IMG/VR virus record: IMGVR_UViG_3300007734_000735
Span: 1 to 60,849 of that record
From: a virus
Taxonomy: Duplodnaviria; Caudoviricetes
Reading direction: 5' to 3' (one strand)
DNA length: 60,849 bases
Below, piece by piece: positions 9,020-19,167 of this stretch. The translations under genes and the position numbers were made by a program. Position 1 is the first letter of the stretch. Every line of letters begins with the position of its first letter. The notes under the pieces are model-generated. The model saw only the letters and a list, made by a program, of their open reading frames with translations, was not told the DNA's origin and searched no databases.

Positions 9020-9459
9020 GCGCACCAATCACAATCACAGGAAATCTAGTTGCTGACCCTGAATTAAAATTCACACAAAACGCAAAAGCGTTAGCAACAT
9101 TCACAGTAGTTTCATCAAAGTCCGTCAAGAAGCCTGACGGAACTTGGGAAAACACCGACACAACTTTTTGGGACATCAAGGCATGGGGCAAGACCGCTGA
9201 GAATGTTGCAGATGCACTTCGCAAAGGAGTTGCCGTCATCGTCTCAGGAACAGCCGTTCAAGAATCTTGGGAAGATAAAAACACAGGGGCAAAGCGTTCA
9301 AAGATTACGGTTACAGCATGGAGCGTAGGAGCAGACCTCAAGCGTCACACATATTATGTGCCAGTATCCGAGCGCTCAGATTCATCATTCAACCCACCAA
9401 GCCCAGTAGCAGAGTTAGACCCATGGAGTGTGCCTCTTTCAGATGTGGCACCTTTCTAA
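9016..9459 (+). CDS. ssb: Single-stranded DNA-binding protein
   Basis: GNLVADPEL OB-fold start; C-terminal DVAPF. Confidence 0.92.
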   Translation: MSAPITITGNLVADPELKFTQNAKALATFTVVSSKSVKKPDGTWENTDTTFWDIKAWGKTAENVADALRKGVAVIVSGTAVQESWEDKNTGAKRSKITVTAWSVGADLKRHTYYVPVSERSDSSFNPPSPVAELDPWSVPLSDVAPF

Positions 9460-9506
9460 CCCATGTTGTATGCTAGGGGTTGAAAATACTCTGAAGGGGG
9501 TAGGAA

Positions 9507-9806
9507 ATGGCGTGGACTGATTATTTCGTATCCAACATCGTTGGGTCGAAAGTAGTTGTATCTGCACTAGGTAAGCCGTATGTTTCTCATGAGGTTGCTC
9601 TACGCGAGTATGTCGAAATTGAAATGACCGAGCAACCTTATGAACTTCCGTTCAAAATTGTTTTCCGCTCATTCGACGCACTTGGCGCAGAGTTAGAAAA
9701 CAGAATTTACGGTTATGCTGGTACAAAAGATATGGCTCGTAAACTTGCCATCGAAGTTGCTAACTTGCGTTTGAATTCTCGCGAGTTTGTCTTTGACGGA
9801 GAATAA
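9507..9806 (+). CDS. Hypothetical protein
   Basis: 99 aa ORF with upstream box/promoter. Confidence 0.7.
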   Translation: MAWTDYFVSNIVGSKVVVSALGKPYVSHEVALREYVEIEMTEQPYELPFKIVFRSFDALGAELENRIYGYAGTKDMARKLAIEVANLRLNSREFVFDGE

Positions 9807-9838
9807 AGGCTAAATTCTCGTAGCGCTATAATCGACGG

Positions 9839-9991
9839 GTGTATGACGACTTTATCCCTGATGATGGCGTTATTTCCGTTCTGAGCAGTTTTGCTATTCA
9901 GTCCCATGAGTTATTCATGGAGTTGAAAAACGCAGGATTTGACGAAGAGCAAGCACTTAAAATTGTCGTCGGATTAGCGCAAAAAGAGTAG
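9839..9991 (+). CDS. Small protein, probably leaderless (50 aa)
   Basis: TATAAT 6 nt before GTG; HELFMELKNAGFDEEQALKIV. Confidence 0.6.
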   Translation: MYDDFIPDDGVISVLSSFAIQSHELFMELKNAGFDEEQALKIVVGLAQKE

Positions 9992-10005
9992 GCGAGAGGC
10001 AACAC

Positions 10006-11421
10006 ATGGCAGAAAGACCTGACCTACAAGAGTTTGGCTCAACTGGTTTACGCCGTTCAGGTGGAACAGTTTATGAAGAATTTCTCGTCAATCTTAGAGG
10101 CATACGCGGTGCAAAGACTTACCGCGAAATGGCAGACAATGACCCAACAATCGGGTCAATGTTGTTTGCAGTTGAAAAAGTTATTACTCGTCTTGAATGG
10201 CGTGTAGACCCATATAGCGATGATTCAGCAGACGGTGAAGTAAATGCTAAAGATAAAGAAGTGGCGGCATTTGTCGAGTCGTGTATTCATGACATGTCCG
10301 ATTCATGGGATGCAACACTTTCACAAATTCTTTCAATGCTTGTATTTGGATTTTCTTATCACGAAATTGTTTACAAAGTCCGTAAGGGTGATGGCAATGA
10401 CCCAAAGAAGCGCTCAAAGCATAATGACGGAAAAATTGGTTGGCGCAAAATGCCTATCCGCGCACAAGAAACTTTATTCCGTTGGGAAATCGATGCAGAC
10501 GGTGGAATTCAAGCCATGTTGCAAGTGGACCCATCAACAGGTGGAATACATACAATTCCAATTGACAAGGCTTTGCTTTTCCGTACAGTAACAACAAAGA
10601 ATAACCCTGAAGGTCGCTCCATTCTTCGTAATGCTTATCGTCCTTGGTTTTTTAAGCGTCGCATTGAAGAAATTGAAGCAATCGGTATTGAGCGTGATTT
10701 AGCAGGATTGCCAGTTGCATACCTACCTCCTGAATATCTTTCTTCATCTGCATCAGCCGAACAACAGGCAGTATTAGCATCAATTCAAAGCATCGTTACA
10801 TCTATCAAGCGTAATGAACAAGAAGGCATTGTGATGCCAGCGATGTACGACGATGCTGGACATAAGATGTTTGACTTGCAGTTGCTTTCATCAGGTGGTT
10901 CTCGTCAGTTCGACACAGACAAGATTATCAATCGCTATGACCAGCGCATGGCAATGTCAATCCTTTCAGACTTTATTCTTCTCGGTTCAGACAGAGTTGG
11001 TTCTTACGCTCTCGGCGCATCCAAGATGGATTTATGGTCAATGGCAGTTGATTCAATTGCTAAGAACATCGCTGAGGTAATGAATCAGTACGCTATTCCT
11101 CGTTTGATGAAGTTGAATGGAATGGACATCTCTCGCGCTCCGTACTTAACTTACGGCGAAGTAAGCCATGTTGATTTAACTGAAATCTCAGACTTTGTAA
11201 CTAAGTTGGCTCAGGCTGGCGTTCTCATGCCTGACCCTAAGTTGGAAGATTATCTTCGCGAGTTGGCAGGTCTACCTCCAGCAGAACACGATGGAACAAA
11301 CTTTGGTATGCCTCCTATGCCTGAAGGTGCAGATAGCGCTGAATTTGATGCACCTCCATCTATGGAAGAAGAGTTAGAGATTCCTGAAGGAGCAGAACCG
11401 CTAGACGGCGATGTGGATTAA
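10006..11421 (+). CDS. Portal protein (Mu gp29/DUF935-like)
   Basis: NPEGRSILRNAY, GIERDLAGLP, GSYALG motifs; size and position. Confidence 0.88.
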   Translation: MAERPDLQEFGSTGLRRSGGTVYEEFLVNLRGIRGAKTYREMADNDPTIGSMLFAVEKVITRLEWRVDPYSDDSADGEVNAKDKEVAAFVESCIHDMSDSWDATLSQILSMLVFGFSYHEIVYKVRKGDGNDPKKRSKHNDGKIGWRKMPIRAQETLFRWEIDADGGIQAMLQVDPSTGGIHTIPIDKALLFRTVTTKNNPEGRSILRNAYRPWFFKRRIEEIEAIGIERDLAGLPVAYLPPEYLSSSASAEQQAVLASIQSIVTSIKRNEQEGIVMPAMYDDAGHKMFDLQLLSSGGSRQFDTDKIINRYDQRMAMSILSDFILLGSDRVGSYALGASKMDLWSMAVDSIAKNIAEVMNQYAIPRLMKLNGMDISRAPYLTYGEVSHVDLTEISDFVTKLAQAGVLMPDPKLEDYLRELAGLPPAEHDGTNFGMPPMPEGADSAEFDAPPSMEEELEIPEGAEPLDGDVD

Positions 11422-11423
11422 AA

Positions 11424-12431
11424 ATGCCTTTACACTTTGGCGGAGACGGAAAGCGTCGTAATCCATTAACGGTAGAGGAACAGGCGTTAGCCCGCGTTCT
11501 CTACGATGCTATTCGTAAATCAACTAACACAATTAAGGTTGAAGAGTTAGCGCGTATTATTAAGCGCCTTGACCCTGATTCTTTGAATCGACTTCTTAAT
11601 GCAATATCTGTTGCTGGAAACAGAAAACAGATTGAGGATGCTTTGATGGCATCTATTGACATAGGCGGGCAACAAGCAGTTCAACAGATTCAATCTATTG
11701 CGCCTAAATTAGCCTTACCTGCATTTATTCCTAAGCCTGTAAAAATTACAAACAAGGCTCCTATGGCTAACATGGATTTTACAAAGATTCCTTCTTGGGC
11801 AAGCCCAACGCCACCTCCAGTTACATTCTCATTGTCATTTAATAAAACAAACCCAAACTCTTTAGCCTTTGCATCTAAAAGAGCAGGGCAGTTGATTACT
11901 AGCATTGATGAATTAACCCGCATAGCAATTCGCAAGATTATTATTGATTCATTTAATGAGCAGTTGGATTATCGTGCTACCGCTCGTCGCATTAAAAACA
12001 TCATTGGATTACATCCCAAGTGGGCAGATGCAGTAACAAAGTTTGAAAAGCGTGAGTTAGAGCGTTTAATTAAAAGCGGAATGAAAGAGGCAAAAGCCCG
12101 CCAAGCATCTGCCGCGTCTGCATCTAAATATGCTGACAGATTACGCGGTGCAAGAGCCACGATGATTGCTCGAACCGAGATTCAGATTGCACAAAACGAG
12201 GGACGCTACGAAGGCTGGAAACAAGCCGATGAAGCAGGTCTCATAGACCCGAGTTCAATGAAGATGTGGAAAACAGCCGAAGATGAGCGCACCTGCGATA
12301 TTTGCGCCCCCCTTGATGGTGAGATTGTTCCTTGGAACGGTTTGTTCTCTATCGGGCTTGAGTTGCCTACTGTTCACCCTAATTGCCGTTGCCAAATGTT
12401 GATTCTTCCTCCTGATAGGGGAACGCTATGA
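11424..12431 (+). CDS. MuF / SPP1 gp7-like minor head protein
   Basis: IARTE...W.T..DERTC..C...HPNCRC. Confidence 0.9.
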   Translation: MPLHFGGDGKRRNPLTVEEQALARVLYDAIRKSTNTIKVEELARIIKRLDPDSLNRLLNAISVAGNRKQIEDALMASIDIGGQQAVQQIQSIAPKLALPAFIPKPVKITNKAPMANMDFTKIPSWASPTPPPVTFSLSFNKTNPNSLAFASKRAGQLITSIDELTRIAIRKIIIDSFNEQLDYRATARRIKNIIGLHPKWADAVTKFEKRELERLIKSGMKEAKARQASAASASKYADRLRGARATMIARTEIQIAQNEGRYEGWKQADEAGLIDPSSMKMWKTAEDERTCDICAPLDGEIVPWNGLFSIGLELPTVHPNCRCQMLILPPDRGTL

Positions 12432-14794
12432 CCCTAGTAATTAAATTTGAACCTGGGCTTCGTCCAGTATTGAAGCATGAGCAACATGACCAAGCCACCC
12501 ACGGCTCATGGGCTAACGGTACTTCTGAATCTTCTCTAATCTCGACTGATACACAAATTGCATTTGCTGAAGGGGCAATCAAAGCAACGGATAACATCTT
12601 GAGTCCAAGTGCCTATAAATCTCAGTTAGAAGGCAATCTTAATAGAACATATCCAAAAATTTATTTAGAAGAAGCGGTGAATAACCCCGCTTATCAGGAT
12701 GCTCTTCAAACACATCTTAAAAGTATTGGGTTTCCTGAAACGGTTAAGGTCTTTTCTAGTAGCGCTCAAGAAGGCGAATACTTCCATGGTTCTGTTGCAC
12801 CTTTGTGGGATTCAGGAGCAGTTGGTTATGAGAGTGAAGAATCACCAAAAGAATTTTTGGTAAACCGCTCAGACATTATTGGACTTGGAAAAGTAGCAGA
12901 TAGTGGAGTTTGGTTTAGAAATTCAAAGACAGTCAAAAAGCACCAAGAACACGACCAAAAGACGCACGGTAACTGGGCTACGGGCGGAGAAATGGAGAGT
13001 TGGAATCCCAACGACCCAATTCCAGCAAGTCCTCGAAACGCTGGAGGAATGACTCAGAAGATTTGGGATAACTGGGAACACGGTGTAGATGGAAATCAAT
13101 ATGTTGAGTTGTATCGCCAATACGCGGGAGAAGCACTTGGAATTGCCGTACCTAAAAGCAGTATGGATGTTGGCGGTAACTTAAATTATTTAACACAGCG
13201 GGGCTTTGGTGGCTCTTCAACGGATACGGTTAGAAAACAAGCCGAAACAATCTTGCAAACAATTGCGAATGGTAAACCTGAGCAACCAGCCTTGTATCGA
13301 GGAATGACCGCTACGGATGCAGATGGTCAAGCCTTATTAAATAGCATCACAAAACTCAAGGCTGGAGATACGCTGGATATGCCTTTAGTTTCAACAACTC
13401 GTTCTTTAGGAGTTGCAACATGGTACGCCACAGACCGCTCAACAAGCGGAACAGGCAATGTAATTATGAAAATCCAACCTGGAGCAAAAGGCGTATCTCT
13501 ATCTAAAGAGACAAGCCGTTATCCACAAGACTACGAAGTTATCACAAGCGGTAAATTTGAAGTGGTAAGCGTAAATACGATTCAGAGTTCTTATTGGCAA
13601 CGAGGCGTCCTTGAGCCTCGCAAAATTAGTTACACGGATGGCTCTGAGTCGCACTATGAAGTTGCTACCTACAGCCCTCGTAGATACAGCCCTGAAGAGG
13701 CAAAGACCATTTATGAAACAGTTACTAGCGGTAAATACAAATCCCTAGAAACCCCTACTTTCAAAATAACCAACGATAGGCACAATAATTACCCTGACCG
13801 ACCTAAACTATCCACATGGGAAAAACAACCAGCGAGGGAGTTTACCGTGGTGGAGGTTAAGTTCATTGAGCCTCATGTTGTTAGAAAGGCTGAGTCCAAA
13901 GATTACGGATTAACCTTTGATTCGTTATTTAATAACATCCCATTCATTCGTGAAGAAGATATGGAAAAGCACCAACAAGGTCTACACGACCAGCGTACTC
14001 ACGGTTCATGGGCTATGGGCGGGGCTGGGGCTGATATTACTGACGAGTTAGATAAAGTGTTTTTTAACAATAAGTTGAATGTCAAAGAGAGTAAAATTTT
14101 TCCTGGAAGTTTAAGAATACCTACTCAAGCGGAAATTGCTCGCGCTGGCATGAATGACGAAACAATCAAACTAATCGAGGAAATGTCTCAAAAACAAATT
14201 GAAAGCGGGCAAGCATACGGAGACAACGCTCTAAAGATTATTGCTGAACGCCAAGGGTTTACTGGCAAACCAAAAACAGTTGCAACTATAGAAGATTTAC
14301 AGAAGATTCAAAGCACCGAGGCTGGCATTTTGGTATATCGCGGAGTTACTGATTATTCAAGAGCGCAAGCATCAGGCGGTGGTTCAGTTCAACCAACTTA
14401 CACAGCCGAACAAGCATTGACTGATTTTAGAGAAGGTGAGTATTTTGGTGGCTGGGGCGTGTTTGGGAATGGAACCTATACAACTCAACGAATAGATGAG
14501 GCTGTTTCCTATTCAGAAACTATGGATTTAGATAATGGAAAACTTGGTAATGGTCGTGTAATGGCAATGCTAATTCCTAAAAATGCAAAGGCGCCTAGCG
14601 AAACTCTTGTAAAAAGTATTGTAAAAGATATGGTTTATGGCGGAGAACCCAGCCATCGCAATAACATTGGCAGAAGGCTTGCCTCCATGGGTTATCAGTA
14701 TTACGATGCTGGTCATGTTCAAAATGATAAATATGGAACTTATGTAATCCTTGATAGGTCAATGCTTACAGTTGCAGAAAAGGCGGTGGGTTGA
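12428..14794 (+). CDS. Tagged polyprotein 1: three KH..HDQxTHGxW modules, two with ART-like domains
   Basis: Tags at 12473, 12938, 13967; ALYRGM..VSTT..QDYEV and LVYRGV..FGNGTY..YVILDR. Confidence 0.7.
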   Translation: MTLVIKFEPGLRPVLKHEQHDQATHGSWANGTSESSLISTDTQIAFAEGAIKATDNILSPSAYKSQLEGNLNRTYPKIYLEEAVNNPAYQDALQTHLKSIGFPETVKVFSSSAQEGEYFHGSVAPLWDSGAVGYESEESPKEFLVNRSDIIGLGKVADSGVWFRNSKTVKKHQEHDQKTHGNWATGGEMESWNPNDPIPASPRNAGGMTQKIWDNWEHGVDGNQYVELYRQYAGEALGIAVPKSSMDVGGNLNYLTQRGFGGSSTDTVRKQAETILQTIANGKPEQPALYRGMTATDADGQALLNSITKLKAGDTLDMPLVSTTRSLGVATWYATDRSTSGTGNVIMKIQPGAKGVSLSKETSRYPQDYEVITSGKFEVVSVNTIQSSYWQRGVLEPRKISYTDGSESHYEVATYSPRRYSPEEAKTIYETVTSGKYKSLETPTFKITNDRHNNYPDRPKLSTWEKQPAREFTVVEVKFIEPHVVRKAESKDYGLTFDSLFNNIPFIREEDMEKHQQGLHDQRTHGSWAMGGAGADITDELDKVFFNNKLNVKESKIFPGSLRIPTQAEIARAGMNDETIKLIEEMSQKQIESGQAYGDNALKIIAERQGFTGKPKTVATIEDLQKIQSTEAGILVYRGVTDYSRAQASGGGSVQPTYTAEQALTDFREGEYFGGWGVFGNGTYTTQRIDEAVSYSETMDLDNGKLGNGRVMAMLIPKNAKAPSETLVKSIVKDMVYGGEPSHRNNIGRRLASMGYQYYDAGHVQNDKYGTYVILDRSMLTVAEKAVG

Positions 14795-15660
14795 TGCTTA
14801 CTCCAGTCCAGTCTCAGCGCTATGCCCAATTGGTAAACAACTTTAAGGAAAAAGAATTCTATGCTTACCATGAGCATCTTCTCGCGGGCGGGAGAGTTGA
14901 AGATTTCTTTGACAAGATGGAAAAGCACGGTACCCATGACCAAAAGACACATGGTTCATGGGCTGATAGTAATTCTTATGATGAGGTCGAGGCAAAGAAT
15001 GAAATCCTTATGGATGAATGGCGAAAAAAATATGGGATATTGAGTGAGTATTTAGAATCCAAAGGCTTGACCCGCTCATGGAATGAAATTCAAGCCGACC
15101 CCAAAGCAAAAAAGATGCAAGAGGCAGTTGATGCAATTTGGAAAAAAATGCAAACAAATCAGAATAAATTTTATGATGAACATTTTGAAAAGAATGAAAC
15201 TGAGGATTTTGATAGGTTAAGAGATAAATATGTTGTTGCCGACACGCCAACTTTGAAAATGAACAAGCAATTGCGTGAGGGTGGGGGACTTACCCAAAGA
15301 GTTAAAGATGCTGACGCCTTGTGTGCCATGGGGGTCGTTAAAGAACGAGTTGGTGTTTACAGGGGAGCATTTCTTCCAAAAGAACTAATCGATACAATTA
15401 AAGTTGGAACTTCATTTACCGATAAAGGTTTTCAGTCTACCGATGTAGATAAATCTTCTGCTCAGTTTTATGCAAGAAGTAGAAAAGAAGGTGGGGCGCA
15501 GGGAGAACTTGTTTTATTCCGTTATACATTAGAAAAGGGATTAAACGCCATTGATGTTAGTTATGGAGAGGTTGTAGTTCAACGAAATGCAACGATAACT
15601 GTAACTAAAAAAACTAAAAGTGGCGAATATACAATTATTGATGCGACGGTGAATAAATGA
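14791..15660 (+). CDS. Tagged VIP2-like ADP-ribosyltransferase
   Basis: Tag at 14923; MNKQLR, VYRG, DKGFQSTD, GEVVVQR. Confidence 0.75.
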   Translation: MMLTPVQSQRYAQLVNNFKEKEFYAYHEHLLAGGRVEDFFDKMEKHGTHDQKTHGSWADSNSYDEVEAKNEILMDEWRKKYGILSEYLESKGLTRSWNEIQADPKAKKMQEAVDAIWKKMQTNQNKFYDEHFEKNETEDFDRLRDKYVVADTPTLKMNKQLREGGGLTQRVKDADALCAMGVVKERVGVYRGAFLPKELIDTIKVGTSFTDKGFQSTDVDKSSAQFYARSRKEGGAQGELVLFRYTLEKGLNAIDVSYGEVVVQRNATITVTKKTKSGEYTIIDATVNK

Positions 15661-16397
15661 ATAAAGAATTACGCGTCACAATGGATGTTGAAGATTTCCT
15701 TTCAATGTTTTCACAAGTTGATTCTTTTGAGAAGCATCAAGAACATGACCAGCAAACTCACGGCAATTGGGCTTCAGGTAATTATGAGAATCTTGCCGAT
15801 TGGTTTAAAGATGAAGTAAAAGTCTTTGCGTCCGAGACAGATAAAGAAGTTTATTTCATGACTAAACTATTTAGCCAACGCCTCAAAGGTTTCACAGAAA
15901 TGGCTTATCCTGAGTTCTCGGGAGCAATAAATAATTATGAAAGTCGTCTTGGTTATGACATGAATGAGGCTTTGCGTGACCCTCAAATAAGTGAAGATGG
16001 CTATAAATCAACTATTGATTTACTTGATAAGGCGATAGAGACCGCTCCTGCATTGAGTGAAGAGTTGGTTGCTTACCGAGGAGTTAAAGGCAACGGATTA
16101 AAGTTTTTTGAAAATCTTAAAGTTGGAGATACTTACCAAGACAAAGGCTACACATCGACAACAATTGATGCTGGAGTTGCTCAACAATTTGGCGGACAAC
16201 AACCGTATTATGACGGTTTAGTTTTCCGTATGAAGTTACCCGCTGGTACAAAAGGAATCTTTCCTGCGGGCTATCACGAACCTGTAAACGGTTGGACACC
16301 ATCTACGACTGAGGCTGAGTTCTTATTACCGAGAGATAGTAAATTTACTATTGTTGCCCAGCGTGGCAAGGTTTGGGATGTAGAGTACAAACCATGA
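15657..16397 (+). CDS. Tagged VIP2-like ADP-ribosyltransferase (ExE motif)
   Basis: Tag at 15732; MNEALR, AYRGV, DKGYTSTT, EAEFLLPR. Confidence 0.85.
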   Translation: MNKELRVTMDVEDFLSMFSQVDSFEKHQEHDQQTHGNWASGNYENLADWFKDEVKVFASETDKEVYFMTKLFSQRLKGFTEMAYPEFSGAINNYESRLGYDMNEALRDPQISEDGYKSTIDLLDKAIETAPALSEELVAYRGVKGNGLKFFENLKVGDTYQDKGYTSTTIDAGVAQQFGGQQPYYDGLVFRMKLPAGTKGIFPAGYHEPVNGWTPSTTEAEFLLPRDSKFTIVAQRGKVWDVEYKP

Positions 16398-18985
16398 ACC
16401 TAGAGAAGTTCCAACACGCATCCTTGAACGGTCTTTCACTTGTACTGGAAAAGCACGGCTCCCACGACCAAAAGACGCACGGTAACTGGGCAAACCTCAC
16501 AGTTGATGGGCAAACAGTTGAAGGCAAAACCATCACGGGCTTGATAGATAAGTTAAGCGAGAAGAAAACTCCAGGATTTAGTATCGACATCCGCACTAAG
16601 CAATCTGCCAAAGATGGCTTTATTGCCTCTGATGTAGGAGCCGAGAGAGTGCTTGATTTCGCCCCTCTGAAGGCTTCTAGGGCGAGTTTGAGGACTGCTT
16701 TGAAGGATTACATCAACGACCATGCTGAGTTGCTTGATAACAAGGGTAGTTTCTTTGGCGCTTGGGTAGAGCAAGGAAAACTTTACTTAGATGTCTCAAG
16801 AAGGTATAATTCTCGGTCAGAGGGTGTACGAGCAGGATTTAGAAACGAACAAAAAGCAATCTACGATGTAGTCAATGACTCGTACATTTACATGAAGGAT
16901 GAGGTCGATGAGCGAACAAACAAAGCCCGTCTTGGTGGAAACTCCGAAGCCAGTCAAGGAAATGACGGAGAAGGAGAAGGACGCCTTCGTGGACGAAATT
17001 TTGCAAGCGATAGAGGGCAATCTCTAAATCGCCATGTCTGCCTTGGCAGATACACAGTACAAAAACACCGAGAAGGCGAGCATGACCAAGCCACACATGG
17101 CAATTGGGCTGGGGATAGATACCCTGTTGATTCAGTTAAGAGCGCTAGAGATGGCGCAAAAGAATACGCTTTCAAAAAAGGCTTAAAACCTGACGAAACA
17201 ATTGATTACACAAAGGTTGTTGCTAATCGCGAACGAGCATCACGCATTGCTGACATCTATGAAACTTTGCCAAAGAAAGATGTTGAAGCAATTGATGAGT
17301 ATGAGGCGCTGGCATCTGAAGTAGAAGAGCAATTCGACTTTATGACCAAGACTCTTGGGGTCAAGGTTGAGTTCGTTGCTACTGACCCATACAGGACATC
17401 TCAGGAAATGTTTCAAGATGTCAGCCGTGGAAACCTTAAAGTTTTGCAAACAGAGACAACAGGCGCACATCCACTTTTCTCAGATGCTCAAAACAATAAA
17501 TTCCGAGCAGTTCACGATTACTTTGGACACGCGGCTACTGGTCGCGGATTTGGTCAAGATGGCGAAGAGTCCGCATGGGTACATCACTCTCAAATGTTTA
17601 CAGAGAAGGCTCGAGCGGCTCTAACTACTGAGACCCGAGGACAAAATTCATTCTTCAATAATCGCGGAAAACAGTTCGCTGACCAAAAGGTTGCCTTGCT
17701 TCCCGAAGAGTTTTGGGCTGTCCCAGCAACATTTCAGAAGATTAAAGTTATTCGTTTTGCCGCTGGATTGAAGCCAGTAATTAAGCACGAACAACACGAC
17801 CAATCTACTCATGGTAGTTGGGCGCGAGGCAATACGGCTGAAGAGGACGCCTTAATTAACGAAATGGAAGGCGTTGGTCCTTCGCTACAAGATTTAGAAA
17901 ATGCTCTGACCCCCGCCGAACAGCCTGACTACACCGACCTAAAAGATTATGTTAAGAATGATGCGGGTATGTACGAGGCAGCAATTGAGGGAATTGAAGA
18001 AAGAATGAAAGAGCGTTATCAGAATTTAACCGAGGATGAATACAATAAAATAAAAGAACGAGAATTAGATATAATGGTTGAAGAATACATTGATAATGAT
18101 GATGGAACCATTGCACAATTATGGCAAGAGCAAAACGGTACTGAGGAATTTAACGCTGAAGAGTTACATCCTTTCTTTGATGAGGTTTATGCCATGAGCC
18201 ATGATGTCTTAAATGCTCAGGGTGAAGTTGCCACAACTCTTAGTTCATCAACAAATAACATTTATCTTGATGGTGAAAGATTAGTTGTAACTGGCGAAAT
18301 TATGGATGATGCTGGTAATTGGGCTGGAGAGTTCCAACGCGGTTTCTTCAAAAGCCAAGATAGAGAAGGCAACGAAATTTGGGCTGTTGAGCATGACTTA
18401 TTCAAAATGGATGATGAATACGCAGGAGTTGGATTTGGCTCAAAGTTTATAGCCCGACAAGAGGCTTGGTATACCGCTGTGGGAATAGGCAGAATTGATG
18501 TAGGCACCGCTTGGGATGGCGCTCGACATTGGGCTAAATCAGGGTATGACTTCGACGAAAGAGGTATGCGCCAAAATGTAAATGAATTGATAAAGGGAAG
18601 AGCATTTAATCCTGATGATTTTGCTGAAGGTTCAGCAAACCGCCTTGAGTTTGATTCTTTAATTTCAAAAATGGTTACTGATTACGACCCAAGTTCGAGG
18701 TCATTTAATTCAACAAAACCAATTAGATTAGATGATTTTCCTATCCCAAACGATTTCTTGATGATTGGCTATAAAGATAGAGTTCAAATAGGCACTAATC
18801 AAATTACAGGAAAGCCTGTCTATTCATGGGCTGGTGCAAGATTGCTGAACAATCTCAACATGAAGTACCAAAAGGGCTTAAGCAAGGAAGGTCGTTCAAT
18901 CACTCAGGGTCCAATTGACCGCGATGGCGATGGCTTGGTTTATGACGGCACCGCTCGCGAAAAGCCCGCTCCTACGGTAAACTAG
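16394..18985 (+). CDS. Tagged polyprotein 2: two unassigned domains plus C-terminal GNAT acetyltransferase
   Basis: ATGA-coupled start 16394; tags at 16451, 17063, 17783; YAGVGFGSKF...GARHWAKSGYDF. Confidence 0.7.
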   Translation: MNLEKFQHASLNGLSLVLEKHGSHDQKTHGNWANLTVDGQTVEGKTITGLIDKLSEKKTPGFSIDIRTKQSAKDGFIASDVGAERVLDFAPLKASRASLRTALKDYINDHAELLDNKGSFFGAWVEQGKLYLDVSRRYNSRSEGVRAGFRNEQKAIYDVVNDSYIYMKDEVDERTNKARLGGNSEASQGNDGEGEGRLRGRNFASDRGQSLNRHVCLGRYTVQKHREGEHDQATHGNWAGDRYPVDSVKSARDGAKEYAFKKGLKPDETIDYTKVVANRERASRIADIYETLPKKDVEAIDEYEALASEVEEQFDFMTKTLGVKVEFVATDPYRTSQEMFQDVSRGNLKVLQTETTGAHPLFSDAQNNKFRAVHDYFGHAATGRGFGQDGEESAWVHHSQMFTEKARAALTTETRGQNSFFNNRGKQFADQKVALLPEEFWAVPATFQKIKVIRFAAGLKPVIKHEQHDQSTHGSWARGNTAEEDALINEMEGVGPSLQDLENALTPAEQPDYTDLKDYVKNDAGMYEAAIEGIEERMKERYQNLTEDEYNKIKERELDIMVEEYIDNDDGTIAQLWQEQNGTEEFNAEELHPFFDEVYAMSHDVLNAQGEVATTLSSSTNNIYLDGERLVVTGEIMDDAGNWAGEFQRGFFKSQDREGNEIWAVEHDLFKMDDEYAGVGFGSKFIARQEAWYTAVGIGRIDVGTAWDGARHWAKSGYDFDERGMRQNVNELIKGRAFNPDDFAEGSANRLEFDSLISKMVTDYDPSSRSFNSTKPIRLDDFPIPNDFLMIGYKDRVQIGTNQITGKPVYSWAGARLLNNLNMKYQKGLSKEGRSITQGPIDRDGDGLVYDGTAREKPAPTVN
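16908..17027 (+). CDS. Nested out-of-frame 39 aa protein (candidate immunity)
   Basis: GAGGT RBS then MSEQTKPVLVETPKPVKEMTEKEKDAFVDEILQAIEGNL*; host frame there is a G/R-rich linker. Confidence 0.5.
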   Translation: MSEQTKPVLVETPKPVKEMTEKEKDAFVDEILQAIEGNL

Positions 18986-18989
18986 CCTT

Positions 18990-19136
18990 ATGAAGAGACA
19001 AGAGAGATTAGACGCCTTATCGAAACTCCATGCCTCCATGCCTGTTGAGATGGAAGGTTTGCCTGACGATAACGAGGTCGCTTTCTTGGATAAGGTAGTA
19101 GAACAAAAACTAACTACGGTTCAGGAAACTAAATAA
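18990..19136 (+). CDS. 48 aa protein, probably leaderless (candidate GNAT antitoxin)
   Basis: TAAACT 6 nt before ATG; MKRQERLDALSKLH... Confidence 0.55.
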   Translation: MKRQERLDALSKLHASMPVEMEGLPDDNEVAFLDKVVEQKLTTVQETK

Positions 19137-19167
19137 CAGTTGTAAATCTATCCGCTATCATTGCAAC

